From Basidiobolus meristosporus CBS 931.73 (Eukaryota > Fungi > Basidiobolomycota), in the NCBI GenBank assembly GCA_002104905.1, contig MCFE01000173.1:1-64000 (forward strand): 64,000 nt of DNA, read 5' to 3'. Shown here piece by piece: positions 35,693 through 48,071 of the stretch; position 1 is the stretch's first letter; every line of letters starts with the position of its first letter. The translations under genes were made by a program, and so were the position numbers. The notes under the pieces were generated by a model. It did no database searches. It was not told the origin of the DNA and saw only the letters and a program-made list of their open reading frames with translations.

Positions 35693-36114
35693 GAGCTCCC
35701 TGAAACATCCATTGCATATTATTCCAAGTAAAGGCAGTCTTATGCTGATGATCAGGATGTATCTAGAATTAGTGATATGACACTTTTGGACTATTCCATC
35801 AACTAAGCGCTGACAAGAAAGTGGAATTAGGTATTGCCTCCTGCATGTCAATATACCAGGTGGGGTTTCTAGTGTTAAAATGGATTCTGGAATAGTGCAG
35901 TAAATGTTCTTGGGAATGGCTTGCTTTCCTTCAATGGCAGGCTGAATTTCCAAATCAACTGATTGAGAATATGCTTGAAAGCTGGGGTGGACTCCTCTGC
36001 TTCTGGATGGGTGAGATAATCTCTGGACTCTGCTCCATTATGGGTGGTTGAGATTTAGTGATTCCAGGATAGGAAACTGGTAGTCCGCCTATGTGAAATA
36101 TGAGCATCATTTTG

Positions 36115-36850
36115 ATCAGTGATTCTACATCCAGAATTGTCATAGCTGAAACTGAGTCCTTCTGCTGTGGCCTTGCTCACAGAGAGTGGGTTCTTAGCTA
36201 TTTCTGGTAGATAGAGTTCTTTGTTAAAGGCCAGTCAATGGCTTTGTGGACTGCATTTAAGGTTTACTTTGATAGTTCCATCTCCCTCTGCATCAAGTGT
36301 TCTGTTGTCACCCATAAAACCTTCTTAATTGGATTTTGGGATATTGTGTAAAGAGTTCTTTTTGGTGTGTAAAGTGCCAAGATGCTCCAGAGTCCGTATA
36401 ACATGTTTGAGAATCCTTGCTTATGGTCATATTGAGTGCAGATATGAATAGTCTACCTTCAGCTGTAGCAGTATTTCCATATTTAGGCTTTTCTGCTGAC
36501 TATATCTCTTTTAGAAGCACCAAACTGATGTCTGTCCTTTCAATTTGTAATAGTCAGAAAACAGATTGCTATAGCCTATGAAAGGTTGTGGGTATCTCCT
36601 AAGTCAGTTATAACTGCTTACTAAAGCATCTACTTCTTCCTTTTTATTGGCACTTGATTTTCTTAATTCTTCATCCAGGAGCCTTCCATATTCATAATTT
36701 AAGGTAAAATCTTCAGTTCTGGACTCTAGGGCCAATACATAGCCCTAAAGCTTGTCTGTCAAGCTATGCAGGATTGTTACTATCACATCCTCATCAGTAG
36801 CTGATACATCCACAAATTCCAACTCATCCACCAGCAGGGTAATTCAGTTA
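36115..36850 (-). pseudogene. Ty1/copia gag-protease remnant
   Basis: ATDEDVIVTILHSL..LESRTEDFTLNY (UBN2-like), YTDSGASWHFT (copia protease motif) and NPLSVSKATAEGLSF. Confidence 0.75.
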
Positions 36851-36949
36851 ATTAGATTTTCCATTTCTTCTCCAGGCAGCATCTTTGTAGTGCAGGATTT
36901 TTGTTGAAAATACATTTACTCAGCAGCTGAACATGACTGGTAGGTGTAT

Positions 36950-39900
36950 TCATCCTGGGATACAACTCACCATGTACATGGTATAAATAGACAACTGTCA
37001 TGCGGCTGGCAACATGTGACCCAGAGACTATTATGATACCAGCATGTGTTAACACTTGCATTACATTCACATCAGACAATGAGACCATTGCAAAGTGTGC
37101 AACTTGTCAGGAAGCCACTACCATTGGGGGAAAACATCATTCTTACTCCAGCTATATTCTGGTAATACCCCATTGTTGTGGGGTCACAGTGATACCCTCT
37201 GACAGATGTGCTCATTCCCATATTTTCTACTACCCTTGTATTAGGTTTATCCCATTTGTCTTACTTGATCAGTACCATCCCATAAGCCAGCTGACTATCA
37301 GACTAGCTTACCTTATTGCATAAGTCATTCCTCTCTTTGTGTAAGATTACTTGATCTAAGTGCTTCTATATTGGGCAGGTACCTGTGCCAATACCTGCAA
37401 CACATGACCAAGCTGTGTCACCATCCCTACTATTTTTGTATCATATATGGTATCCATTTGTTACACAGGTTTCAGAATACCAATCCCTGATTGGTAGGGT
37501 TTGCTGTGCCTCTTAGAACCTTCTGGCAGCTACTTAGAGCATCCTAAGCTCATTTTAATGTCATCAAGATTTTTATTTAACCACCATAACCTTCTAGAAT
37601 ACCTTGATTAGTAATCACTTTGCCAGTGAGAAAAGTATACAAGGGGGGCCATTCCTCAACACTAAGTCATGATCCCTTTTTCAATATACCAGCTTGTTGA
37701 TCAGTGTGATCACTGCTACATGCTTTTACCTGAACTTTCAGTCCCAGACCACAGGACACTCCCAGGAAACTGTGCTGACAGCCAACTGATCTTGGAGGTA
37801 CTACTTGTGGGGAACACTCACAGTAGGTATTGTTGATTATATTTGATTCTTTCCCAAGCTTGTTCTTGTACAGGTAGAGATAATTCTCTGTCTTTGTAAA
37901 TAATGACCACAGCTGTATTTTATCAAGTCCCTGCTGGTGGAGCTTACAGTTGCTTTAACTTTGGATGCTTTAGTGCATTGTCATCTCAAAGGACACTGAA
38001 ATCAGCACATACTTTTGTCAAGACGCCAAGTAAGTTGGGCATTGTAGCTCAGTAGTTTTCTCTTGACAAGCTTGTGGCTTTATTTCTCATCACATTGGAT
38101 TAGAGACAGAACCCAAGTATTCCTTGCCAGAGGTTATTGCACCTAGTGAACACCCCACACACAAAATACTTGAAAAGTGTTGGACACATTTCTCCTTTGG
38201 ACTTATACACCACCACAACATATCTCTTCCTTGGACCTATACATTACTGCACAGCCTAAAGAAGCTCATGCAGTCCAACAAATATTGTGAAGTTATAAAG
38301 TGTTGCACTCAGTATTGATCAAGTGTAAGCATATCCAGTATATTCAATGGCCAATATTGTTAATCAGCCAAGAAGCAAGGGCAACTTTGAAGGTATATAT
38401 GACCATGCCTTTTCCGTGGCACTTGGTAGATTCTCATTAAACAAGTACTCTATCCGCAAATCCTGCTGGCCGCTGATTCTCATTAATCTGAATCTGCTGC
38501 CTATCTTGAAGTATCTGTGCAGAAATCTGATGGTAGTCTTACTGGTATTTGGGACTAAATCCCTGTCCAACCTAGATGGTTACCTGCATACATTGCTGGA
38601 TGAATTTTGTATGCTTTCCAGTGGGACAACAGTAAATAGCCATCATGTTAAAGCACAAATTATTATCTGCATTGGAGATACCCTAGCCATCAGCAAAATA
38701 GCCTGCTTTTCTGGGGACAATGGACAGTATTACTGTCTAATGTGTGAGATACAGGGGACTTACTCCATAGCTCACACATATTATTATTACCCAAAAACCA
38801 ACCCTAAGAACATCATCCTTTGGCAGAGAGGACAAACAGAAGTCAGCATGCAATTGCAGCAAAGTTGGAAAGCTATAAGCCATTGGATGGAATATGGAAT
38901 TAATTAGAAACCAGATATACTTAAGATAGAGGGTACCTGCTGGAGCAAAAGCTTTCCACTAGATGCAATGCATTTGCTTTTCTACAATATCCCTATACTG
39001 ATGACCAAGTTGTATACAGCGTATTTCAAGCTAAATGAGCCCTCTGAAATACCAGAGAACTTCGAAACAACTGGCAAGATATTACAGCATATCTGCTACA
39101 CTAAGTAGTTATTGTGAACTTCCATCCACATTCATATGCATATGCAACAATACAAGTGCCATTACTGGATGAACAGGATATGTATTTACTCAAGTGGCCT
39201 TCTGAAGTTATTTCTACTAAGAGTACATTGGAAGCATTGGGATATATATGTGAACATTGTAGGAATATCTTTCCAGAAGCAGATCACCAATGCCAACTGC
39301 ACACATCTACAGCTTTTGTGCCAAGAGTTTGTGGTGGGATTAGAGCACCTATACTTTAAGCATGAAGCTGAGCACATTCATCTCTGCCACTACTGTATCC
39401 ATTTGCTACTCCATCTTGTTTGGTGTGTTGAGATTATTGAACCTTGCTTCACCTTTAGGGGGTTTCCTATGGAGTGGATGTGTGGGGAGATTGGAGGACA
39501 AGTTAAGTTGCTGGTATTACCATTTCACTATCTCATCAAGAATATTACCTTCAAGTCCATCAAGGATGTTATAAGCTTGCACATAGAAAACTGCAACAAA
39601 GAATTAGAAAATACTCAGGACATATGTGCACATGGAGACACCCATGCCTATGGCATTAGGATGCTATGTAGCCCCAATGCACAGGTAATCAGTTGAGTTA
39701 TGCAAAGTTGGGTTGGGTGCAATATGCAGTTAATTTTCATTAGGAAAACTCTGCCAAAGTATGCTTGGTTTCTCTTGGTCACAAGCCAATTTCTACACTC
39801 TGTAATACAGAACTCACACAAACAAGCACTAGAGTGCACTTATAAGGAGGACTAAATATCCAGCAGGGAAAAAGAATATATTGGCGGCATACCGAAAAGT

Positions 39901-40208
39901 TCTTTGCAGATATTTAGGAGGTATTGATGGCAGTAGTGATGGCAACCAAGCATATGTTTGCAGGTTGTGTATATTATTGGCAATACAACATATACGGCAA
40001 CTTTGCAAGTAGAACACTTAAAAACCGTAAAGTTGAGGTGATAGAAGTATGTCAATTGTGGCAGGTGTGTGCATTTGTAGAGGTTAGTTAGCAGGACACC
40101 ATAGTATTCTTTGATTCAAGCTATATATTGAATACCCAAGATAGTAGTGGGTAAGCAAACATAGAGGGGTGATTCTATAGTAGAGTATATGAGGTGAACA
40201 TGGGTAGG
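36950..40208 (+). mobile_element. CACTA/CMC copy 3 (diverged transposase fragment) with LTR family 4 insertion
   Basis: ORFs 38347-38907 and 39136-39696 are homologous to the copy 1 transposase. It is cut by the gypsy C 5' LTR at 40209. Confidence 0.88.
37174..38220. mobile_element. LTR family 4 copy (~1.05 kb); TSD not evident
   Basis: TGTTGTGG...CCACAACA termini; long blocks match the reverse complement of 33139-33943. Confidence 0.72.
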
Positions 40209-43200
40209 TGTTGTAATGGAAAGTATTCATTACTACATATCTCAAATCCAATATTGCACTCATTAATATATTTTGCTTTTTGCTATTGTAACACACAAGT
40301 GAAAGATCAAGAATTTCCAACCTTGAAGGACAAATGCTCTATACCCTGACAGGAAATCCACTAAGAAATATTATGTCATGTAGCACACTCAGTAGCCAAC
40401 ACATGTTTCAAATTACAGCTTATTTGAAGCAGTGCTCAAGGAGTTATGATCAATAGAGTCCAATTATCGTATATACTAGGCCTTTAATGCTAGAATTACT
40501 ATGGTGACTTTGATTGCATATAACTTTTGAACCAGCAAATGAAACCACATGATATTTTCACAGGTGCTGTGCCCATGTTCAATCTATACCAATGCAAAGT
40601 TTTAGCGTTGTATCACAGGTATTGTTTGCCCATTGCTCAAAAACTTTGATCCTTCAGAGTTTTCATATTTATGAATTCCCCAGCTGAAAAATTAAGCAGA
40701 GCCTCACTTTCCAGAATCTTCACACTACAATTACAAGCTTAAAGGCTATAAGACTTCCCCTCCATCACTTACACTGTTGAGTATTCTGACTTTGGTTGGA
40801 ACTACATCGGTGAGGAGACTGCAAAGTACACAAGAATTCAATCAAAGTCCTACAAGAAAATTATCAATTTTCTGTTGGAAAAGTCTCCTTTAAGAAGCCC
40901 CTTTATCTAAAGACACCTCTTTAGACACCCCTTTAGTCTAAAGACCCCTTTAGAGACCACTTTAAGAAACCTCTTTACTCTAAAGAAGCCCCTTAAGGCA
41001 CCTGTTCAGTGTAAAGTACACTTTGGAGAGCACTACAAGGAGCCCCTTTACTCTAAAGACACCACTTTAGACACCAGTTCAGATCTGAAGACCCCTTCAG
41101 AGACTTCTACAACATACCCCTTTAGGTTGAAGGGGCCTCCAAGCTTCTTTATTAGGAAACATTGTCTCAGAAAGCAAAGTGACTTCCAAATAACAAAAAT
41201 TTACAATAAGAGTAAATAAGCTCAATAGCCAACAGAAGATCAGAACACTGCTGCAGAAGTGTGAGTCACTTTCTATAGTATATTCAAGCCTAAGATTGAA
41301 AATATTAGTGGAAGTTATATCTTCTATTGGTATATTGAACTCCCAATAAACAATTTCAGTATTAGCACACTGGAAGTTGTTGTATATTGTTGATTAGCCT
41401 TTGCATTGTAGACCAAGCCGCTAACTAATCATAATACAATACAACAAGAATTTGGTGGAGGACCTGGGTAGTTTGAACCTTTCACTATACATGTATCAAG
41501 AAATGTTACAAGAATGACAAATACACCACTCCCAGAGTTAATATCCACTTTTAAAGGTGCCATTCCAGTAATGTTCCTAGGAGAGAATGTTACTGAGCTT
41601 CTAGAAGAGTTTAACAATATAGTTGCAGCATTTAAGCTATCATACAAGAACAAGAGCCAGTGGTTTCCCTTTCTCTGTGAAATGAAGTGTCAAGATTCTT
41701 ACAAGGTTTGGATCCATATGAGATATCTGTTGGCACTAACAATAACTGGTACACTGCTCAACAAGCTATTTTAGCTGGGTACCAAAAGTAAGTACAGTTT
41801 GTGACACTAAATGAGCTAGAAGTGACTTACAACAAGACCCAACCCTTGCATAAGTACATTCAAAAGTTTGAGTCAAAAGCAAGGCATGTTGAAGCTGCTA
41901 TTGGAATTCCAGGATTTTATAAAGGAAACTATTTTCGGATGAATATGCCTCCTGAGATATGTAACGCCATTAGCCACCAAGGTCAGGCTACAAGCTCCTA
42001 CAACAATGTTGAACAAATGGTGTTAAGCTACTAATCAGGGAGACAAGTCATGCATTCCATTAATATTCAAATGAAGATTTCCACTCCAGCTAAAAAATTT
42101 GTCATTGTACGTATAATCCACAAAGTATGTCTCTACAGATGATAATCCTAAAAAAGTGTGTACCAACCAAAGATATAGCCAGTTATTGACATACTGGTAC
42201 AGCCAGAAGCATCAAAAATCCAAAAACAATACTTGCAATATCAATCTAAATATAACACTACTGCAATGACACAGAAAGTTATCAATAAATTCTGGAAATC
42301 TCCAATTCCACAACTTACAAATCTAGAAATATTCACCGTATCAGCAATCTCAATCAGTACTGCCCAAAGTAGTTAAACCTATGAGCAAAGATATCCTAAT
42401 ACACTATTGAGAACAATCATCAACTACATCATCAAGTGAACCGCTACAATTTGAAGTTGAAAAAGCTTTTTACTCCATCACAACAGAGTGCTAAGCTGCT
42501 AGAATCAGCAATGTTGAAGTAGAATGTTTCTTTGATTCTGGGTCAGAAATCAATGCCATCACTGTTATGACTTTTGAAAAAATCAAATTGCCATTGACAG
42601 AAATTAATTGGAAAAGGAGAACTGCTACTGGTGTAACAGGGAAGATGCTTGGACTTTATCACTCTGTACCAGTTGAGGTTGGAGGAATCAGCATTACCTC
42701 TCCCTTTTTCATTGTTGCTAATGGACCAACCTTTGAGATATTGATGGGACAACCATATTAGAGAAAATCTCTTTTACAAGCTGATAATAGATCTGATGGA
42801 AGCTTATGGGAGACAATCATATCTGACATTCAAAAAGGAAGGGCAACCTTTGTACAGCAGTAGAAAATAATCCAAGAAATGCAGACTCAATTCCAGTACA
42901 AAATATTCAGGCTCATAAGGAATTTTGATTTATGATCAAAACTTCATTCTGTTAATAACAAGTAAGACAAATACCAAGCATAAGCCTGTTGCATTGAAAG
43001 CAAAGCCATTATCTATTGGAGTCTCACCATTGCCCACAACAATCCCCAAATGGTGTGCTTGCACAAATATGAAAAAATCAGACCCACAGAAGAGAAGCTC
43101 CTGGAGTTAGCTATTGGGACTACTCTTACCACTGAAGAGAAAAGCTACCTTTTTGACTATGCTGCAATGCTGTGACAATGTCTTTGCATTTAAAAATGCA

Positions 43201-45849
43201 CAAAGAGGATGCTTATTCACAGATCTATTTCCAATGGTTAAGATCCATACAATTGAACATACACCATGCACACTAATATCATATCCTATTCCCTCAAGAG
43301 TACTGAGCAAAGTAACCGAAATGCCACAATCACAATTTCAAGGTAATGTCATTGAATTTAGTTACAAACCATATTCTAATCTCTGGCTCACACAATTGAA
43401 GAAAAATAGAAGTCTATGGCTTGTTCAAGACATACAGCAGTTGAATAGGGTCACCATTAAAGATGCTATGCAACCACCTATACAACATGAATATATGGGG
43501 TCATTTACTAGGTATCCTCCAATTGCAAAATGGAATCTTTATTCAGGATATGAACAAATACTTCTGGATGCTGACTTAAGAGACTTCACTGCTCTGGATA
43601 CATCAATAGGACTTATAAGAATGACAAGAATTCCTCAAGGATGGACTTAATCTGTGCAACATTATCAGCATGCAATGATTTGGGTCTTGGATGACTGTTT
43701 CCCTAAGATATGTTGGTCATTTTTTGATGACATTGCAGTCAAGAATAAGTCCAGTGAAAAAGATACATCACATGCCTTGCTCCAAGTAAGAAGATATGCT
43801 TATGATGATATATGCACTGTTGAAAAGGTTATGTAGAAACTTCAAACTTCTAGTCTGACTGTATCTGGAGCCAAGTGCAAGTTTGGCTACTACAAAGCAA
43901 TCATTCTTGGTGAGCTTGTACTGAAAAAGAGAGAATGCCTAATCCTGCAAAATGTTCATTGGCACTAAATTGGAGGACACCAAGCAATATTTATCAAGTC
44001 AGACAACTATTGGGACTTACTTGTCAATTTGGAATCTGAATCAAGAACTATGCACAAATTGCTAAGCCACTGACTCAACTATTACAGAAAAACCAGAAAT
44101 TTAAGTGGCATGAAGAGCAGGCAACTGCTATGTCAACATTACTTGAGTCATTATCACAGCCACCTGTCTTAGCAACTATAGACTACAGTATTATGGATTC
44201 ACAACCCATCATTGTATCAGTGGATAGGTCTGGAATTGGGGCCGGAGGAATCATGATTAAAGTCTCAAAAAATCATCATCAACAACCTTGCAAACATCTC
44301 AGTAGACTTTTCAAAGAATACAAGATCCACTATCCATCTATCAATAAAGAAGCACTAGGAGTACTCCATGTACTCAAAAAGCTAAAGCCATTCTTATTAG
44401 GAGTACACTTCATGCTAGAGGTTGATGTCAAGCCATTATTAGGGATGCTGAATCAGTAAGAGCTTTTGTCTGATCCTGTTCTAGCACAGTTGATGTATAT
44501 ATCCATATATTTGACTTTATGCTGCAACACATACCAGGATCCAATCACAAAGAGCCTTATGCGTTATCTAAAAAGCAACCAAATTCACTGTACTCAACTG
44601 ATAATGATGAGATTGAGGAATATCTTGAAAACACAAGCCTTGATTTCTCACAGACATATAATACAAAGTAATTATCAGCAATTCAAGGAATTTCTTACAT
44701 CACGCAAAGTTCCTGCCAATATTCCTACAAATCAACACAAAAATTTCAAGAAGAAGGCTTTGAGGTATATACTGCATGATGGCACACTTTTCAGAAAAGC
44801 AAACATGGAGTTCCTTAACAGTACATACATAATAAGCATTATCAAGAGAAGATCATTCAAGAATAGTATGAATCTGAAACAGGAGATTGTTAGGGAATTA
44901 TATCAACATATGCAAAATCCCCTTATAGTATTTTTGGCCAATGCTATACACCAACACAAAAGAATATGTGAAATCATATAGACATATAGGGTAAGTGGTA
45001 TTTTGATGTTCAAAAGTACCTAAAAAAACTTCACTTAAAGTAAGTGGATTGATACTGTACAATATAACAAGCTAAAGAAACAAGGTATCTAAACTGGATA
45101 TGCAATGGCAAAGTCCCTATAAGATCATACATGCAAACAAAAAAGGATCTTGAAAATTAGCAAAACTTGATGGTACACCACTTTCACTGGCACAACCTGG
45201 TAACAGATTTAAGAAGTTCCATATCAGAAGTATTAGTGAGGGCCTCATTTCTCAAAGTTAAGGGATACATGCGGTAATGGAAAGTACTCCATTACTACAA
45301 TTTCTCAAAACTAATATGGCACTAATTTCTTTATATTGCTTTTGTTATTGTAGTTCACAAATGAAGGATCAAGAAACTCCAAGTCTGAAGAGCAAAAGCT
45401 CAGGACCCTGACAAGCCATCCACCCAAGAATACTATGTCCTGCAGAATGTACAGTAATCAACACATGCTTGAGATTACAGCTCATTTGAAGCAGTACATA
45501 AGGAATTATGATTAAAGAGTCCAATTGCCATATATACTAGGCCTCTGTTGCTGGAATTACTATGGAGACCTTGATTGTGTGTAACTTTGAAACTAGCTAA
45601 TCAAATCATGTGAGAATCTCACAGATGCTGCGCCTAAGTCAGATCTGTGCCACTGCAAGATTTTGTCTTGCATCACATATACTGCTTGGGCAATTGTCCA
45701 AAAACTGATCCTTAAGAATTGTCATGTATATGTCTTCCCCAGCTGAAAAATGAAGGAGAGTCTCCCTTTCCAGAATCTCCACACTACAATTACAAATTCA
45801 AAGGTTACAAGGCTTTCCCTGCATCACTTGTGCTGTTGGGTACTCTGAC
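40209..45849 (+). mobile_element. Ty3/gypsy remnant C: 5' LTR 40209-41446, PBS, gag, protease, RT, RNase H, integrase with core deleted, truncated 3' LTR from 45270
   Basis: TG..CA LTR followed by TGGTGGAGGACCTGGG. Protease FDSGSEINAI..EILMGQP; RT LVQDIQQLN, RMTRIPQGWT, FFDDIAVK; RNase H VSVDRSGIGAG, KEALGV..KKLKPFLLG..VDVKPL; integrase C-terminal WQSPYKI..KLAKLDGT. There are many stops. Confidence 0.9.
41453..41468 (+). promoter_or_regulatory. Primer-binding site of gypsy C (possibly tRNA-Ala)
   Basis: TGG-initiated segment 6 nt downstream of the 5' LTR, complementary to a tRNA 3' end ...CCUCCACCA. The tRNA identity is an inference. Confidence 0.6.
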
Positions 45850-46206
45850 ATATAAAGCACTTACAGTGCCAGATAGTACCAGTGGACCAAGATAGTGCCA
45901 TTCATTTTTGTGACATGATATAAGCTACAAGAGCTAGATTTAGAGTGCCATGGGTATTGAGTATCAGATGCATGTCTTCAATTCTTCTGTGCTCTCACAC
46001 ATCCTGAACAATGCTGATCCAAAAAAAGGTCAAAAAATGGATTTTCTCCAGCTCAAAGAGTGAAACACAGGGGCTGCCCAGCATCTTCATGCAGAGCAGT
46101 GTTTCACACCATGTGGCCAAGTATAGGCTCACTTGGCCTCCTTGGCACACTATGACATCATTTGTCACTGATGGCTTAATGTGGCACTATTTGACAGAAC
46201 AAGTCT
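45850..46206. mobile_element. Right-end fragment of a non-autonomous Harbinger-family element
   Basis: GTGCC/GGCAC subterminal motifs and terminus GAACAAGTCT followed by AAT, abutting Harbinger copy 2. Confidence 0.65.
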
Positions 46207-47297
46207 AATATATATGAAACTAATGTGATTGTTAAATTTTCCATTTATTATGCATGATGCATCTTGGATTGCATTGACACAGATCAGATCACATCAATTG
46301 CAGATTTCCTGTTTGATTATAGACCTTTGAGTAAAGCACCAACAAAAGTACCACCGTATTATTTGTGGATGATTTTTGCGACATAATGATGGGATACATG
46401 ATAATTAATGGAGATTTAATCATAATGCATTAAAAATCAGATAATTAACGCAGATTGTGCCGTATCAATTCAAACCACCTCCATACAATCATCCATCAGT
46501 TTTAATATGACTTACTCATCTGAATGATCTTTTCTCATCAATCCTATCACTACCACTGGATTTCCTTTTGACACACTAGAGGAAATCTATTCCAAGTACT
46601 GTGGACCATCTACCCCAATCTACCCAAGGAGATCTCTTGTTAAGCTTCTCTGCTATTACAAGAGCTATTGCCCTACAAGGTTTCATCCCACCATCCATGG
46701 CAAATAAAGTCCTGGAAGCTTTCATTCCCAGCTGACAGCAATGGAGAACCACCTTGCAGAGTGTATGAATGACTTAGAGCAAGCTTGGAATACTAGGTTC
46801 AGAAGCTCTAATAGACTTCCATATCCAAAAGTGTTCAGCAAGAGGTTCCATATCAGGAGCATTTTGGATACTTTCCCAGTGAGGATTAACAGACCTTCTA
46901 GAGGGCAGAGACACTTTTATTCTGGCAAGTACAAGGCACACTGTGTGAAGTTTCAAGCACTGTCTGATATTGAGGGTAACATCATCTGGTTTAGTGGGCC
47001 ATTTGCTGGAAGTAGACATCACAAAGCACTCTGGGTAGAGAATCATCCTGAATTCAGTAGAGGGGAGAAATGTATGACAGACTTAGCCTATATAGGATAG
47101 GATTGTCACAGATTAGGATGTATTGCAGCTTATAGGAAGCCAAGGAATAGTGTGCTTAGCAGGAAGTAGAAGCTCTACAATGATATATTTAATCATTTCA
47201 GAGTGAGGGTAGAGCACACATTTGGATATCTGCAGAGATTCAGCATATTGACAGGTAAATATAGAGGAAAGTCATATATAGGAGAAAACAGGAGAAT

Positions 47298-47861
47298 AGA
47301 CTTGTTCCATCATTCCGGCTGATCATAGTGCTCAATAGTGCTATAGCATGCCAGATGGTGCCTGATCATGCCAAAGAGTGCCAGATGGTGCCATACAGTG
47401 CCAATTTGGGATCAAAATTGACATGCATATGACCCTAATGTTGTAAAGATTTGTATTTCCACCTGAATATTCACCTAACTTAGTCACTTAGATCATCACC
47501 TTCAAATCCTAGAGAATACTGACCAAATTCCTTGTCGGGATTTACTTGGAATATTTTCACCAAAATGCCAGGTACCCAGAACATGAAAATTCTCAAAGTT
47601 GTCCAAACAGCCCCAAACTTTGCACACATGTTCTTGGGACCTTCCTTAACCTATTCTATGTGTTTGTAATGCCAAGACCAGGTAAAGTATAAATACTACT
47701 TTTACATTCAATAAATCATTAAGTGAAAACCACCTAATCTACTTGTTCTCCAAATCACTTCCAATATCTCCAAGACTCTTACAACACCTGAAATATCAAA
47801 TTAACAACAAAATATACAGCACTTTCTGGCACTATGATCAATGGCACAATGGAACAAGTCT
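47298..47861. mobile_element. Harbinger-family MITE (~210 bp net) inserted in the copy 2 transposase, itself containing a solo LTR
   Basis: TIR AGACTTGTTCCAT...ATGGAACAAGTCT; perfect TSD AAT (47295-47297, 47862-47864). Confidence 0.88.
47439..47786. mobile_element. Solo LTR family 1 (348 bp)
   Basis: TGTTGTAA...TTACAACA; flanks CCTAA/CCTGA. Confidence 0.92.
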
Positions 47862-48071
47862 AATACGTAAAATAGTTAAGATACTTATTAATGCACAGTA
47901 TGCTCATACAAGAAGACATCCACGGAGAGAAATGTGTCTGGAGCACTATGAAGAGTAAATAAAGCAAGGAAAGCACTATTCTGAGCAACATAAGTAAGAT
48001 TGAGTAAAATTACCAGTAACTGTATCATACCACTAGCATCATGTGGCACTATCCAACAGAACAAGTCTATT

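Larger units (their letters stand above)
26998..36110 (-). mobile_element. Ty3/gypsy chromovirus remnant A (3' LTR, chromodomain, integrase, RNase H, RT) with four solo LTRs and one DNA transposon nested inside
   Basis: LTR at 26998-27032 + 30798-31459 (~697 bp) matches 52491-53184, with PPT GGAGGAAGTGA next to it. Chromodomain-like EV*AVVDH..LIK*KGYDAKHNTLEP (~31505-31650); integrase PMDHIAVDLAGP, VIQLDNGSEF, TPYFLKANG; RT QGAPFGLKTL, LFVGDIII, RRQYLIP. Gag and protease are absent. Confidence 0.88.
46207..48068 (+). mobile_element. Harbinger copy 2 (left end lost; transposase 46507-47958 disrupted)
   Basis: Closely matches 29330-30689; the right TIR ends at 48068 and is followed by ATT. Confidence 0.9.

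Noticed and set aside
27033-47786. Dispersed ~350-bp direct repeats as possible paired LTRs of one element or a CRISPR-like array
   Set aside because: Each copy has its own TSD, so they are independent solo LTRs; there is no regular repeat-spacer pattern.
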